From a virus (lineage: Duplodnaviria; Caudoviricetes), in the IMG/VR virus record IMGVR_UViG_3300033076_000358, positions 1-33,845 of that record: DNA of 33,845 bases, one strand, 5' to 3'. The notes beneath the pieces are model-generated. The model searched no databases. It saw only the letters and a list, made by a program, of their open reading frames with translations, and was not told the DNA's origin. Each line of letters opens with the position of its first letter. Positions within the stretch are counted from its first letter, which is position 1. The translations under genes and the position numbers were made by a program. This document shows positions 33,618-33,845 of this stretch, piece after piece.

Positions 33618-33845
33618 AAAAAAGTGTGCGACCCGACGCAGTGATAGGGGGAGGACACTACATCGGGTCACACACTTATACAGGCAAGCAGAAATCACAA
33701 AAACATCTTGCCTGTTTGTGTTACCAAGCGACATCACAAGCCGAAAGGATTACCTGTGATACTCGATAACACTCGTTAGGGAACCAACCTAACGAACACT
33801 ATAACCCCTGCCAGACGGAGTAACTGGGGGCGGTAGGAATCTGGC
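33618..33845 (-). ncRNA. Putative structured ncRNA: at least five tandem hairpins with pyrimidine-rich/anti-SD loops, ending in a terminator
   Basis: Hairpins at 33622-33677, 33680-33715, 33718-33772, 33773-33795 and 33810-33845. Mispairs are G-U on the - strand. U6 tract overlapping the 3' end of the last stem (33618-33623). Confidence 0.7.

Noticed and set aside
33618-33845. tRNA genes or a CRISPR mini-array in the hairpin region
   Set aside because: No cloverleaf or T-loop consensus, and the stems share no repeated sequence.

Overview
A 33.8-kb segment of a short-tailed (podovirus-like) actinobacteriophage genome. The host assignment rests on a WhiB gene, GAAAGG/AGGAG SD sequences and a candidate leaderless start. 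Left to right: (1) a + strand lysis cluster (repeat-rich LysM protein, CHAP endolysin, holin); (2) a long - strand virion and packaging operon (2703-aa internal/ejection protein, tail tube proteins, major capsid, scaffold, portal, TerL, resolvase); (3) an inverted + strand tail-fibre cassette; (4) a - strand replication/early region (HNH, primase-SF3 helicase, SSB, Cas4-like nuclease, SNF2 helicase, WhiB, HTH, small ORFs); (5) a non-coding array of five hairpins cut by the window edge. The most unusual signal is non-coding. Nearly every intergenic hairpin folds on the - strand (its mispairs are G-U there) and exposes an anti-Shine-Dalgarno loop. Several loops are complementary, beyond the SD core, to ribosome-binding sites of specific phage genes, and many of those RBSs sit in small hairpins themselves. 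This suggests a phage-encoded RNA-RNA translational control system (inference). The 4-mers GCGC, CGCG, AGCT and GTAC appear absent on reading. All calls are from motif reading only; no searches were run.
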